Below are positions 63,642 through 64,000 of a DNA stretch of 64,000 bases, in pieces; positions within the stretch are counted from its first letter, which is position 1; each line of letters opens with the position of its first letter. Below the pieces are notes generated by a model. The model saw nothing but the letters and a program-made list of their open reading frames with translations. It had not been told where the DNA came from and did no database searches. The stretch is from positions 22,692,001-22,756,000 of the forward strand of contig JAQFVV010000005.1 of NCBI GenBank assembly GCA_028023455.1, given 5' to 3'. Both the position numbers and the translations under genes were made by a program. Source of the stretch: Epiperipatus broadwayi. Lineage: Eukaryota > Animalia > Onychophora.

Positions 63642-63674
63642 TGCTTTAATATTTCAACCAGTCATCAGAAAGCA
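63642..63674 (-). ncRNA. Hammerhead-core motif with stem II reduced to a 6-nt linker
   Basis: TGCTTT-CTGATGA-CTGGTT-GAA-ATAT-T-AAAGCA. Perfect 6-bp stem I and palindromic AUAU stem III. Confidence 0.4.
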
Positions 63675-63834
63675 AAATGGCTACTTACAGAAATTAAGCG
63701 CTAAAATATTACTGACAGTTAGTTACGTACCAGATAACAAAACTAATTCCTATAGGCTAAAAATCTTTAAAAACTTTGTATAAATATATATATATTTACA
63801 AAACTTTGGGTTCTAGTAAACTATTAACTGTGCA

Positions 63835-64000
63835 GCCTTTGGTGGCGCTGTTTCTGTGTAAAAACACAGAATTATACCGCTTTCGCGGCCGAACCTACGG
63901 CTAATATACGAGTGATCATTAATATACGAGTAGATCGTATGTAGTGGTTATAATACGCGGCCAACAATATTATGATCGTATAGTTTGCCGTTGATTTCAT
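63835..64000. repeat. Possible start of a young TIR-type element running out of the window
   Basis: GGTGGCGCTGTTTCTGTGTAAAAAC resembles the subterminal GGATGGCGCTGTTTTCATGCTAAAAC of the 5474-6705 element. Many intact CpGs. Confidence 0.35.

Noticed and set aside
1-64000. CRISPR array, rRNA, prokaryotic operons; most 60-100 aa ORFs in the supplied track
   Set aside because: No repeat-spacer array or rRNA-like sequence was seen. The DNA is eukaryotic intron, and the short ORFs are TE fragments, antisense shadows, exon read-throughs or chance.

Overview
AT-rich eukaryotic (probably arthropod; inference) genomic DNA. The whole window lies inside one large + strand gene. Ten short AG/GT-bounded, Cys-rich, phase 1-1 exons (99-129 nt; 1119 nt, 373 codons) splice into an uninterrupted array of EGF-like modules, in 6-Cys and 4-Cys variants. 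The start and stop codons are outside the window, and the gene cannot be named from sequence alone. The introns hold decayed mobile DNA: three copies of an APE-RT LINE family (one near full length, with a PHD + SGNH-esterase ORF1), RTE-type LINE 3' ends, two Ty3/Gypsy remnants, two Penelope-like (RT + GIY-YIG) remnants, tRNA-derived SINEs and TIR elements/MITEs. The most notable signal is at least three families of short non-coding insertions carrying minimal type-I hammerhead ribozyme motifs. Many have 8-13 bp target-site duplications, a fixed 3' end and 5' inversions. One is a 1.7-mer of a 476-bp hammerhead-containing unit (retrozyme-like). All calls were made by eye; no searches or folding programs were run.
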